Positions 52,241 to 60,776 of a DNA stretch of 64,000 nt are shown piece by piece; positions within the stretch are counted from its first letter, which is position 1; each line of letters opens with the position of its first letter. Location of the stretch: the NCBI GenBank assembly GCA_044871225.1, contig JBIOZP010000049.1:36766-100765 (forward strand). The letters are read 5' to 3'. The notes beneath the pieces were generated by a model. It did no database searches. It had not been told where the DNA came from and saw only the letters and a program-made list of their open reading frames with translations. This DNA is from Solirubrobacterales bacterium (GTDB lineage: Bacteria > Actinomycetota > Thermoleophilia > Solirubrobacterales > 70-9). The translations under genes and the position numbers were made by a program.

Positions 52241-52921
52241 TCACGCGTTCGGAAACGGCTCCAGCCCGGCGTGCCAGGGGCCGGCCGGGTACGTGTGGAC
52301 GCCCGATTCCTCGACCTCGCCTCGCACTCGCTTGAACAGCTCCCCGCCGTTGTCGAGGGCGGTGGCCAGCTCGTCGCGAGTGCGGGCCCGGAGCTTCCAC
52401 AAGAACCAGAGCTGCTGCTCCGAGACGCCGAAGTCGATCTCGTTGTCGATCGTCGTCACCCAGTCCAGGAACGCCGGGCTGAAGATCTCGCGCAGCGCGA
52501 CCGGGTCGTACTCGCTGGGCACGGTGGCCAGGAAGCGCTGGTTGAAGTCCAGGCTCTCGAACTCGACCTTGCGGCGCGAGGCTCGCTGGACCACGAGCTC
52601 GTCGGGCCGGCGCTCGACCGACTCGACGTTGAAGGGGGGCATGACCTTGGCCAGATCCGGCACGTGCGACTTGGCGAGGACGGCCCCCGGAAGCACGGCC
52701 TTCGACAGGAAGCCGCCCTCGGCCTGCTCGTCGGCGTCGCAGGAGGCCCCCCAGAATCCGTCGGCGAGCTGCCCGGTGAGCCGGTTGGTCCCGCCGGGGC
52801 ACAGCGCGGTGGGGCCCCCGACGGGGTTGATGCCCCCAACCGGCTCGTAGACGAGGCCTCGTTCGGCGGCCAGCGCCTTCGTGGTCTCCGCCCAGGCCCT
52901 CGCCTCGTCCTTCGCGCTCAC
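52241..52921 (-). CDS. hypothetical protein (no family recognised)
   Basis: 226 aa from GTG 52921 (VSAKDEARAWAETTKALAAERGLVYEP). Codon GC3 is high. Lies 32 nt downstream of sodA on the same strand. Confidence 0.55.
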   Translation of the reverse strand: MSAKDEARAWAETTKALAAERGLVYEPVGGINPVGGPTALCPGGTNRLTGQLADGFWGASCDADEQAEGGFLSKAVLPGAVLAKSHVPDLAKVMPPFNVESVERRPDELVVQRASRRKVEFESLDFNQRFLATVPSEYDPVALREIFSPAFLDWVTTIDNEIDFGVSEQQLWFLWKLRARTRDELATALDNGGELFKRVRGEVEESGVHTYPAGPWHAGLEPFPNA

Positions 52922-52953
52922 GCCCGGGAGGCCCGCGAAAGGGGGTGCTTGGC

Positions 52954-53559
<606 letters not shown>

Positions 53560-53619
53560 CTGCTCTCCTTCTGCCGTCGATCCGTGGCTGTCAGTGTCGT
53601 GCTCGGAGTCCCGGGGAGC

Positions 53620-54552
53620 CTATCCGAGCGCCTCGCGAAACCCCCGCCGCCAGCTTGGATAACGCGGCTCCCAGCGCAGCTCCCGCTTTGCCTTCGCGTT
53701 CGACGCCCCACGAAGCTGGGTGGCGAACGCGGACGCGAACGGTCCCGCAGCCAACCGGGCCACGAATGCCGGGACGCGAAACGGCCGGCGTGCGCCGAGG
53801 GCTTCGGCGTACACCGGCAGCCACTCACGCAGGGGCGCCGGCTCGTCGTCCACGACGTTGTAGATCCCCGGCGCGCCGCGATCGAGCGCCGCGACCGTGC
53901 CCGACGCGGCGTCGTCGATGTGGATGAACGAGAACACGCCCTCGCCACGGCCCACGATCGGGAAACGGCGGCGTCGCACCTGGTCGGCGATGTTCCCGTC
54001 GCTCGCGTAGTAGGTCCCCGGCCCGTAGAACTGCCCGTAGCGCAGCACCACCCCTTCGAGGCCCGGCGTCTGCGTGGCTTCTCGCTCGTGGTCGAGCATC
54101 GCGGCCACACCGCCGCTGAAGGGCTCGGGCGCATCCGTCCATGCTGGCGCCTCCTCGTCCTTGACCATCGGCCCCTGCGGCGCGTAGATGAACGCGATGC
54201 CCTGCGTGATGAACCGCCGCGCCCCCACCGCGCGTGCAGCTTCGATCAGGTTGTGGCCTCCCACCGAACGCGCCCGGTTCGTGGGCCCGTAGTCGATCTT
54301 GCGCGGGTTGTATTCACGAGGAAGCCGAGTGAGCTCGTTGACGACGACCTCGGGTGCGGCCTCTTCGACGGCCGCCCGGACAGCCTGGGCGTCGAGGGCG
54401 TCGCAGACTACGGGCCTGGCGCCCGCCTCCTCCAGCCGCGGAGCGTTCTCCGGCCTGCTCGTGGTCCCGATCACCTCGTGGCCGGCGACGGCGAGCTGCC
54501 TCACCAGCGGCCGCCCGATCACCCCGCTCGCTCCGGCTACGAACACCCTCAT
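53620..54552 (-). CDS. NAD(P)-dependent epimerase/dehydratase family protein
   Basis: 310 aa from ATG 54552 (MRVFVAGASGVIGRPLVRQL). ATGA overlap with the upstream membrane-protein stop. Confidence 0.8.
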   Translation of the reverse strand: MRVFVAGASGVIGRPLVRQLAVAGHEVIGTTSRPENAPRLEEAGARPVVCDALDAQAVRAAVEEAAPEVVVNELTRLPREYNPRKIDYGPTNRARSVGGHNLIEAARAVGARRFITQGIAFIYAPQGPMVKDEEAPAWTDAPEPFSGGVAAMLDHEREATQTPGLEGVVLRYGQFYGPGTYYASDGNIADQVRRRRFPIVGRGEGVFSFIHIDDAASGTVAALDRGAPGIYNVVDDEPAPLREWLPVYAEALGARRPFRVPAFVARLAAGPFASAFATQLRGASNAKAKRELRWEPRYPSWRRGFREALG

Positions 54553-54938
54553 CTCGTCTCGCGCTCCTTTTGCGGAAGGGGCTTCGCCGCAGCCCAGGCG
54601 AGATAGGCGAACAGCGCCGCGCCGACCGCGATGTAGCCGGTGTCGAGCATGCCGCGCTCGTCGCTGCGCGCCTCGCCGACGTCGAACAGATGGTTGACCG
54701 CGTGGAGGCCGTACCACACCGCCCCCAGGCCCAGCACCGGGACCCGCCAAGACGGCCGCCAGGCGGCGACCAGGACGGCGATCCCGAAGGCGAGGACGAA
54801 GGCGCCCACGTCGCCCACGTAATGCGAGTTCTCGACTCCGTAGCGCCCGACCTGGTCGAAGAACGTGTCAGGAGCCAGCAGGGCAAGGGCGCCGGTGGCC
54901 GCGTTCAGGGCCCCGAGCACCACCAGGACCGCCTTCAT
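54549..54938 (-). CDS. small integral membrane protein (4 predicted TM helices), unknown function
   Basis: 129 aa from ATG 54938 (MKAVLVVLGALNAATGALALLAP...). Codon GC3 is high. Confidence 0.6.
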   Translation of the reverse strand: MKAVLVVLGALNAATGALALLAPDTFFDQVGRYGVENSHYVGDVGAFVLAFGIAVLVAAWRPSWRVPVLGLGAVWYGLHAVNHLFDVGEARSDERGMLDTGYIAVGAALFAYLAWAAAKPLPQKERETR

Positions 54939-55001
54939 CGCGCCCTCGCTGATCACGGACGCGCGAGGTCGGCGGCGGGAGAATGGGTCGTGCGTGGCAA
55001 A

Positions 55002-55075
55002 TCGGGGCGGCCGGATTTGAACCGGCGACCTCACCGACCCGAACGGTGCGCGCTACCAGGCTGCGCCACGCCCCG
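55002..55075 (-). tRNA. tRNA-Pro (anticodon CGG)
   Basis: The 74-nt cloverleaf was read by hand. Acceptor CGGGGCG/CGCCCCG; D arm GCGC-AGCCTGGTA-GCGC; anticodon arm CACCG-TTCGGGT-CGGTG; variable AGGTC; T arm GCCGG-TTCAAAT-CCGGC; discriminator A. CCA is not encoded. Confidence 0.9.
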
Positions 55076-55255
55076 AGCGCAGCCATTCTACGTCGCGCGC
55101 TGCCGCGACCCCCCGGCGGGGGCGGGGGACGGGCCGGGTCGGAGCAGCGAGGAAGCCTTTGTCGTCGTCGGTGACACCCCCCGTCGACCTACCCACGGTC
55201 GCCTATGACTTTCGACCCCTAAAGGAAGCTCAAAGTCACAAACATCGAAGCCGCG

Positions 55256-55349
55256 GCCGTGTGGCGAAGCCGCAGCCGTGTGGACACCTTGCCTGGCTAC
55301 CGGCCGTGTGACCTGGCCTGCCTACCCGTGTGACCCTTGCCTGCCTACC
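55256..55349. repeat. degenerate tandem direct repeats (about 19-28 nt units, 3-4 copies)
   Basis: CCGTGTG(G/A) recurs at 55257, 55276, 55304 and 55326. T(T/G)GCCTG(G/C)CTACC recurs at 55289, 55314 and 55337. The last unit contains the TAG stop of the DsbA-like gene. Confidence 0.7.
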
Positions 55350-55989
55350 TCACCGCGGACACGGCGGCGTCCACCTGCTCCTTCGACGGGGACTCGTCGA
55401 GCTCGCGGGTGCCGCGGGGCCCGGTGACCACGATCGCGGGCTCCGCCGGCAGGCGCAGGTCGGTCGCCAGCGCGGCGTCGTCCTCGACGCGCGCGGCGAC
55501 CTCAGGAGACTCTTGCGCTCGCTTCCAGGCGTCGATGTCGAAGTCCGGGATCGCGTTGGCGACGTCCTGGAGGAACTCCTCGTTGACCTCGTTGCCCGGG
55601 GCCTCGTCCTGGTTGCGGAAGAGGAGATCCACGTACTGCCATTGGCGGTCCTGCTCGCCCGCCGCGGTGGCCGCGTACCCCGCCTCGGTCGTGGCGGTGG
55701 GGCCCAGCGAGAAGTTCCTGAACTCCAGGCGGGCGTCGCCGCCTCGGGCGTACTCCTCGATCAGGGGGTCGACCGTCTGGAGCTGGTAGTCGTCACAGCC
55801 TCCGCACTGGAGGTCGTTGAAGACCGTGATCGTGACCGGGGCGTCCGATGAGCCGAGGTAGGGACCGTCCTGCCGGATCCCCGCGATCAGCTGCTGGACC
55901 TCCTCGCCGCCGGTGATCGTGATCTTCTCGGGGCCTCCCTCGCCCACCGACAGGGAGATCACCGCCGCCAACAGCCCGACAGCGACCAC
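55345..55989 (-). CDS. DsbA-family thiol:disulfide oxidoreductase, membrane-anchored (N-terminus unresolved)
   Basis: Thioredoxin fold with VTITVFNDLQCGGCDDY (CxxC). A TM anchor LLLGVVAVGLLAAVISL precedes it. GTG 55989 is the only canonical start near the anchor. The in-frame sequence up to about 56045 has no ATG, GTG or TTG. Confidence 0.65.
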   Translation of the reverse strand: MVAVGLLAAVISLSVGEGGPEKITITGGEEVQQLIAGIRQDGPYLGSSDAPVTITVFNDLQCGGCDDYQLQTVDPLIEEYARGGDARLEFRNFSLGPTATTEAGYAATAAGEQDRQWQYVDLLFRNQDEAPGNEVNEEFLQDVANAIPDFDIDAWKRAQESPEVAARVEDDAALATDLRLPAEPAIVVTGPRGTRELDESPSKEQVDAAVSAVR

Positions 55990-56048
55990 CCCCAGTAGCA
56001 GGCGCGGGACCCACGGGCTTCGGATGACGCCGGGCGCGGAGCGGACGT

Positions 56049-56330
56049 CTATCCGGCGACCGCCTTGTAGTAGCGGACCGCGAGCCCCGTGAGGAGCGTC
56101 TCGAAGCTCTCCTCGATCGGGCCGCCGCTGAGCTTCGAGTACGCCACGAGGCCCCGCTGCTCGATCTCCTCGCTCCGAGTCACGACCTCGTCCACCAGGT
56201 CCGGATGCTCGTCGCAGAAGAAAGCCCCGATCGAGTAGAGCTCCGTGTCCATCAGCGACTCCAGGAACGAGCCCACCTCGCCGGCAGGCGAAGAGGCTCG
56301 GGGAGAGAGCGGCACTGCCTCGTCGGCCAT
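56049..56330 (-). CDS. small acidic hypothetical protein
   Basis: 93 aa from ATG 56330 (MADEAVPLSP...SFLESLMDTELYSIGAFFCDEHPDLVDEVV...). Uniformly high GC3. No family recognised. Confidence 0.5.
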   Translation of the reverse strand: MADEAVPLSPRASSPAGEVGSFLESLMDTELYSIGAFFCDEHPDLVDEVVTRSEEIEQRGLVAYSKLSGGPIEESFETLLTGLAVRYYKAVAG

Positions 56331-56443
56331 CGTGCGACATCGTAGTTTCATCGGGTCGCCGGGTCGCGCCGGATCGAGGCGGGCGCCCAAGCCCCCACGA
56401 TCGGATCGCAGGCTCGAGACGCCGGAATTTGCGCGCAGATGCA

Positions 56444-56472
56444 TTGACACATCCGCTCGGCGCGATAAAACT
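56444..56472 (+). promoter_or_regulatory. candidate sigma-70-type promoter for the small HTH gene
   Basis: Perfect -35 TTGACA (56444-56449), then 16 nt, then TAAAAC (56466-56471). GGAGG (56491-56495) lies 8 nt before GTG 56504. Confidence 0.3.
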
Positions 56473-56503
56473 CAGGGGCGAAAGCGACGGGAGGAGAACA
56501 CGA

Positions 56504-56686
56504 GTGGCCATTCATCTGACGCCCACGGAGCTCGCCGAGGAAGTCCACATGAAGCGGCGCGAGGTGATCTCGAAGTGCATGGAGATGGGCGTCCCGATCT
56601 TCAACGGCCGAATCGACAAGACCCTCTTCCTCTCCTCGCTCCGCAACCTCTCCGAGCCACCGAAGCAGCCGCGCGCGGCCGCCTAG
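56504..56686 (+). CDS. small helix-turn-helix (excisionase/MerR-like HTH_17) DNA-binding protein
   Basis: 60 aa from GTG 56504 (VAIHLTPTELAEEVHMKRREVISKCMEMGVPIFNGRIDKTLF), preceded by an SD. Confidence 0.5.
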   Translation: MAIHLTPTELAEEVHMKRREVISKCMEMGVPIFNGRIDKTLFLSSLRNLSEPPKQPRAAA

Positions 56687-56775
56687 CCCAGGTTCGCTGA
56701 GATAGCCTTCGCAGCCAGCGGCATTCGCCGCTTGGTGGGCACGCGACGCCCAACGGCCTAGCGAAGGAGAACAGC

Positions 56776-58587
56776 ATGGAGACAGCGACCGTCGAGTCTC
56801 GTCCGGCCACCGGCGCCGGCTCGGCGACCATCGCGGACCTGCTCCCGGCAGCAGCCGACAGGTACGGAGCGAAGCCGGCCGTGATGTTCAAGGAGGAATC
56901 CGGCCAGTGGGTGACGCGCAGCTTCGCCGACGTGCGCGACCACGTCCGCAGCCTGGCGCTGGGCCTGATCGACCTCGGGGTCCAGAAGGGGGACAAGGTC
57001 TCAATCCTCGCCAACACGCGCCCGGAGTGGACGTACTTCGACTTCGCGGCCCTGACCGCGGGGGCCACCGTGGTGCCGATCTACCAGACGAACTCGGCCG
57101 AGGAGTGCCAGTACGTGCTCGAGAACTCCGACGCCAAGGTCGTGATCGTCGAGGACGATGCCCAGCTCGAGAAGATCCGCCAGGTCCGGGACCGGTGCCC
57201 GAAGCTCGAGCACGTCATCAGGATGATCGGGACGAGCGACGACGCGATCTCCGCCGAGGCCCTGGTCGGGCGCGGCGCCGAGCGCGACGCGTCCGAGTGG
57301 GAGGAGCGGTGGCGCTCGGTCACGTCGGAGGACATCTGCACGTTCATCTACACGTCCGGCACCACGGGGCCGCCCAAGGGCTGCGTGATCTCACACGGCA
57401 ACTACCGGGCGATGCTCAACATGTCGCTCGAGCAGAGCGTCCTGGAGACCGGCAGGGTCACGTACCTGTACCTGCCGCTCGCCCATTCCTTCGCCCTCCT
57501 GATCCAGCTCCTCAGCTTCGACGTCGGGGGCGTCCTCGCGTATTGGGAGCGCGACCCGCTGAAGATCCTCCCCAACCTCCGCGAGGTGAAGCCGCACTAT
57601 TTTCCGTCGGTGCCCCGGATCTTCGAGAAGATCTACACGGCGGCGAACTCCAAGGCCGAGCAGGCCGGCGGGGTGCAGCGAGCGATCTTCAACTGGGCCG
57701 TCGGAGTCGGTCGGCGCGTTCGCGAGCTCGAGCGCCAGGGGAAGAGCCCCTCGCCGGTGCTCCGCCTCCAGCACGCGCTCGCCGACCGCCTGGTGCTCTC
57801 CAACATCCGCAACCTGTTCGGCGGGCGAATCATCGAGGCCGTCTCCGGAGCCGCCCCGATCAACCCCGAGATCCTGCGGTTCTTCGACGCGGCCAGCGTC
57901 CTGGTGCTCGAGGGCTGGGGGATGACCGAGACGTCCACAGCGGCGACGATCGCAAGACCGGACGACTTCAAGTTCGGCACCATCGGCAAGCCCTTCCCCG
58001 GCTGCGAGGTGAAGATCGCCGACGACGGCGAGATCCTGGTTCGCGGGCCCAACGTCTTCCAGGGCTACTACAAGAACGAGGAGGCGACGCGCGAGACCCT
58101 GGTCGACGGCTGGCTGCACACGGGGGACCTCGGCGAGATCGACGCCGACGGCTTCCTCAAGATCACCGGCCGCAAGAAGGACATCATCATCACCGCGGGG
58201 GGCAAGAACATCACCCCCGCGAACATCGAGGCCGAGGTGAAGCAGCACCCACTGGTCTCGCAATGCGTGGTGATCGGTGACCGCCGTCCCTACCTGGTCG
58301 CCCTGGTGACCCTCGATCCCGAGGAGGCGGTCTCGTTCGCGGCCCAGCACGACCTGCCGCAGGATCCCGTCGCGCTCGCCTCCAATCCGGAGGTCCGCCG
58401 GGAGATCGAGGCCCACCTGGACGAGATCAACCAGAAGTTCGCCAGGGTCGAGCAGGTGAAGAAGATCGCGATCCTTCCCCGTGACCTCTCCCAGGAGTCC
58501 GGCGAGCTGACGCCGACGCTCAAGGTGAAGCGCAGCGTGGTCGCGGACAAGTACGCGAACGAGATCGAGTCGCTCTACTCCGGCTGA
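56776..58587 (+). CDS. fadD: long-chain fatty-acid--CoA ligase (AMP-forming)
   Basis: 603 aa. AMP-binding signature IYTSGTTGPPKG, plus GWLHTGDLGEIDADGFLKITGRKKD and a C-terminal TPTLKVKR. Confidence 0.9.
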   Translation: METATVESRPATGAGSATIADLLPAAADRYGAKPAVMFKEESGQWVTRSFADVRDHVRSLALGLIDLGVQKGDKVSILANTRPEWTYFDFAALTAGATVVPIYQTNSAEECQYVLENSDAKVVIVEDDAQLEKIRQVRDRCPKLEHVIRMIGTSDDAISAEALVGRGAERDASEWEERWRSVTSEDICTFIYTSGTTGPPKGCVISHGNYRAMLNMSLEQSVLETGRVTYLYLPLAHSFALLIQLLSFDVGGVLAYWERDPLKILPNLREVKPHYFPSVPRIFEKIYTAANSKAEQAGGVQRAIFNWAVGVGRRVRELERQGKSPSPVLRLQHALADRLVLSNIRNLFGGRIIEAVSGAAPINPEILRFFDAASVLVLEGWGMTETSTAATIARPDDFKFGTIGKPFPGCEVKIADDGEILVRGPNVFQGYYKNEEATRETLVDGWLHTGDLGEIDADGFLKITGRKKDIIITAGGKNITPANIEAEVKQHPLVSQCVVIGDRRPYLVALVTLDPEEAVSFAAQHDLPQDPVALASNPEVRREIEAHLDEINQKFARVEQVKKIAILPRDLSQESGELTPTLKVKRSVVADKYANEIESLYSG

Positions 58588-58627
58588 GCCCCCCGGCTCC
58601 AACCGACGCCGTGCCTAGCCTGCGGGC

Positions 58628-58711
58628 ATGCGGGCGATGCTGTTCGTCTACGCCACCGGGATCACGCTCGGGCTGGTGTATTTCACCATCATCGGCTTGT
58701 CGCACCACTGA
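58628..58711 (+). CDS. candidate 27-aa hydrophobic small protein (not in the ORF track)
   Basis: ATG 58628 to TGA 58711 encodes MRAMLFVYATGITLGLVYFTIIGLSHH, a single TM helix. It ends 3 nt before the GTG of the next gene. Confidence 0.35.
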   Translation: MRAMLFVYATGITLGLVYFTIIGLSHH

Positions 58712-58714
58712 GCG

Positions 58715-59389
58715 GTGCGCCGATTCCTGCGCGAGAACTCGCTGTCGGTCTTCTTCGGCCTGCTGTTCCTGAGCGCCCTGACCGGCCAGGCGATCGCCGG
58801 CCACCTCTCCTACAACCAGGACCAGATCGCCCACGGGGAGCCGACGATCTCCCTAGGCAGGTACCTGACCTCGTCGTCGTTTGGCCAGGCGGTGATGGAG
58901 AACTGGCAGTCCGAGTACCTGCAGTTCATGCTCTTCATGCTCGCGACCGTGTGGCTGCTTCAGCGCGGCTCGCCGGAGTCGAAGGAGCTCGACAAGGCGG
59001 GGCGCGAGGGCGAGCGCGAGCAGAAGATCGGGCCCCACTCCGAGCGGAGCTCGCCGCTGTGGGCCCGCACGGGAGGCGTGCGCACGGCGATCTACTCGAA
59101 CTCCCTGCTGATCGTGATGGCGGCGATCTTCTTCGGGTCGTGGTTCGCCCAGTCGGTGACCGGATGGACGGCCTTCAACGAGATGCAGCGCGCGCACGGC
59201 GACCCGACGATCTCGTGGGCTTCCTATCTCGGCAACGCCGAGTTCTGGGAGGGCACCCTCCAAAACTGGCAGTCGGAGTTCCTGGCCGTGGGGTCGTTCT
59301 CCGTGTTCGCGATCTTCCTGCGCCAGCGGGGCTCGCCGGAGTCAAAGCCGGTCGGAGAGGCGCACGATTCGACCGGCGCCGAGGGCTGA
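58715..59389 (+). CDS. internally duplicated membrane protein (DUF6766-like)
   Basis: 224 aa made of two homologous halves. Each ends in ...HG(E/D)PTIS...(E/Q)NWQSE(Y/F)L...(L/F)LRQRGSPESK. Confidence 0.7.
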   Translation: MRRFLRENSLSVFFGLLFLSALTGQAIAGHLSYNQDQIAHGEPTISLGRYLTSSSFGQAVMENWQSEYLQFMLFMLATVWLLQRGSPESKELDKAGREGEREQKIGPHSERSSPLWARTGGVRTAIYSNSLLIVMAAIFFGSWFAQSVTGWTAFNEMQRAHGDPTISWASYLGNAEFWEGTLQNWQSEFLAVGSFSVFAIFLRQRGSPESKPVGEAHDSTGAEG

Positions 59390-59392
59390 CGC

Positions 59393-60700
59393 CTACTCGG
59401 GCTCCGCGACCTCGGCCTCGGCCGGCTGCGGCGCCGGCTGCTGGCGAAGCAGGGCCGCAGTGGTCTGCTCGAGCACGCGCCGCCACGCAGATTGCTTCTC
59501 CTTCTCGCGCTCCACCTGCTCGAGCACGTGGCGCACTCGGCGGGCGGAGATCTGGATACCGTGGCGCTCGGCGATCGCCCGGTAGCGCTCGTAGTCGCGC
59601 GCCAGCCGCAGGGTCACGGACTCGAACCCGTGCTTGGCGATCTCCAGGCGCGCGCTGTAGTCGAGGATCGAGGTCCCGAACATGAGCTCGTCGTCGAGCT
59701 CGGGCTCGATCAGGATGATGTCCACCCCCGGATAGCGCTGCTCCCACTGCTGGACCGCGACGTGCAGCCGCTCGTGGGACAGGAGCCGGAACGCCTGGTT
59801 GCCGATCGCCGTGAAGCCCATGTCCGAGACCCGGCGAGCTCGGGTCCCGGTGATCGTCGGGATCCGCTTGCGAAAGTCGTTGGCGTACGGGACCAGCGGG
59901 TTGATGACGACGATGAACTTGGCTCCGTGCTCGACCGCCACGTCGACGTTGGTGGTCGATCGGATGCCGCCGTCGATGAACTCCCGCCCGTTGATCTCGA
60001 CCGGCTCGTAGATCATCGGGAGCGCCCCGGAGGCGGCTACGGCAGTGGAGATCGGCACGTCGGCCCAGTCCCCGTCGCCCAAGACGACCCGCTCCGTCGT
60101 GTCCAGGTCGGTCGCCGTGAGGTAGAGCTCCGAGTCCAGCATGCGGAAGTCGTTGCACCGGTCAGGGTCGGCCAGGACCTCGGCGACGTATCGCTCGATC
60201 CCCCTTCCCGTATAGATGCCCGTCGGCAGCCCGGTGGCCAAGCCGGTGACGATGTCGACCGCCGAGAGCTCGTTCAGGTGGCTGACCATCTCCCGCGCCA
60301 CTCCAGCCACTCGGAGGGGAAACGTGAGCGACTTGCGGAGGAACCCCCGGTAGTTCGGCTGCAGCAGGCTGCCGAGGGTGATGTCGCGAAGCGGCGAGGG
60401 CAGCTCGTGGTTGAGCACCCGCATCATCTCCTCGGGGGTGATCCCGTTCGCGACCATGGCCGCCATGAACGCCCCCGCGCTCGTGCCCACGTAGACGTCG
60501 AACTCGTTGACGGTCCGGTTGACCGCCAGCAGGTCCAGGGCCCGCAGGGCGCCCACCTCGTACACGCCGCCGGTGAATCCCCCGCCGCCGAGCACCAGTG
60601 CGGTCTTCGATCGCCGCCTGCGGGTTCGCTTGCCGCGGCTCGACCGCGATTCAGCTCGAGGGGTCTCGAGCTCGACAACCTTCCCCATGCGACCCCTCAT
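59393..60700 (-). CDS. patatin-like phospholipase
   Basis: 435 aa. Oxyanion LVLGGGGFTGG, nucleophile GTSAGA, and catalytic Asp context FIDGGIRS. Confidence 0.85.
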   Translation of the reverse strand: MRGRMGKVVELETPRAESRSSRGKRTRRRRSKTALVLGGGGFTGGVYEVGALRALDLLAVNRTVNEFDVYVGTSAGAFMAAMVANGITPEEMMRVLNHELPSPLRDITLGSLLQPNYRGFLRKSLTFPLRVAGVAREMVSHLNELSAVDIVTGLATGLPTGIYTGRGIERYVAEVLADPDRCNDFRMLDSELYLTATDLDTTERVVLGDGDWADVPISTAVAASGALPMIYEPVEINGREFIDGGIRSTTNVDVAVEHGAKFIVVINPLVPYANDFRKRIPTITGTRARRVSDMGFTAIGNQAFRLLSHERLHVAVQQWEQRYPGVDIILIEPELDDELMFGTSILDYSARLEIAKHGFESVTLRLARDYERYRAIAERHGIQISARRVRHVLEQVEREKEKQSAWRRVLEQTTAALLRQQPAPQPAEAEVAEPE

Positions 60701-60776
60701 TATGCCGTTCGAGCGGCGAATGGCGGCCCGCGGCGCCGCGGGCTGCGGCTCCCGGGCCGTTGGCTACCCTGCCCGG

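Noticed and set aside
55256-55349. The tandem repeats as a CRISPR array.
   Set aside because: The units are short, degenerate and directly abutting with no unique spacers, and there are no cas genes in the window.
54939-56700. An integrative element at tRNA-Pro, suggested by the tRNA, an excisionase-like HTH gene and repeats.
   Set aside because: There is no integrase, recombinase or other mobile-element gene. The HTH gene lies on the 5' side of the tRNA rather than the 3' side where elements usually integrate. I did not find a duplicated tRNA 3' segment by eye.
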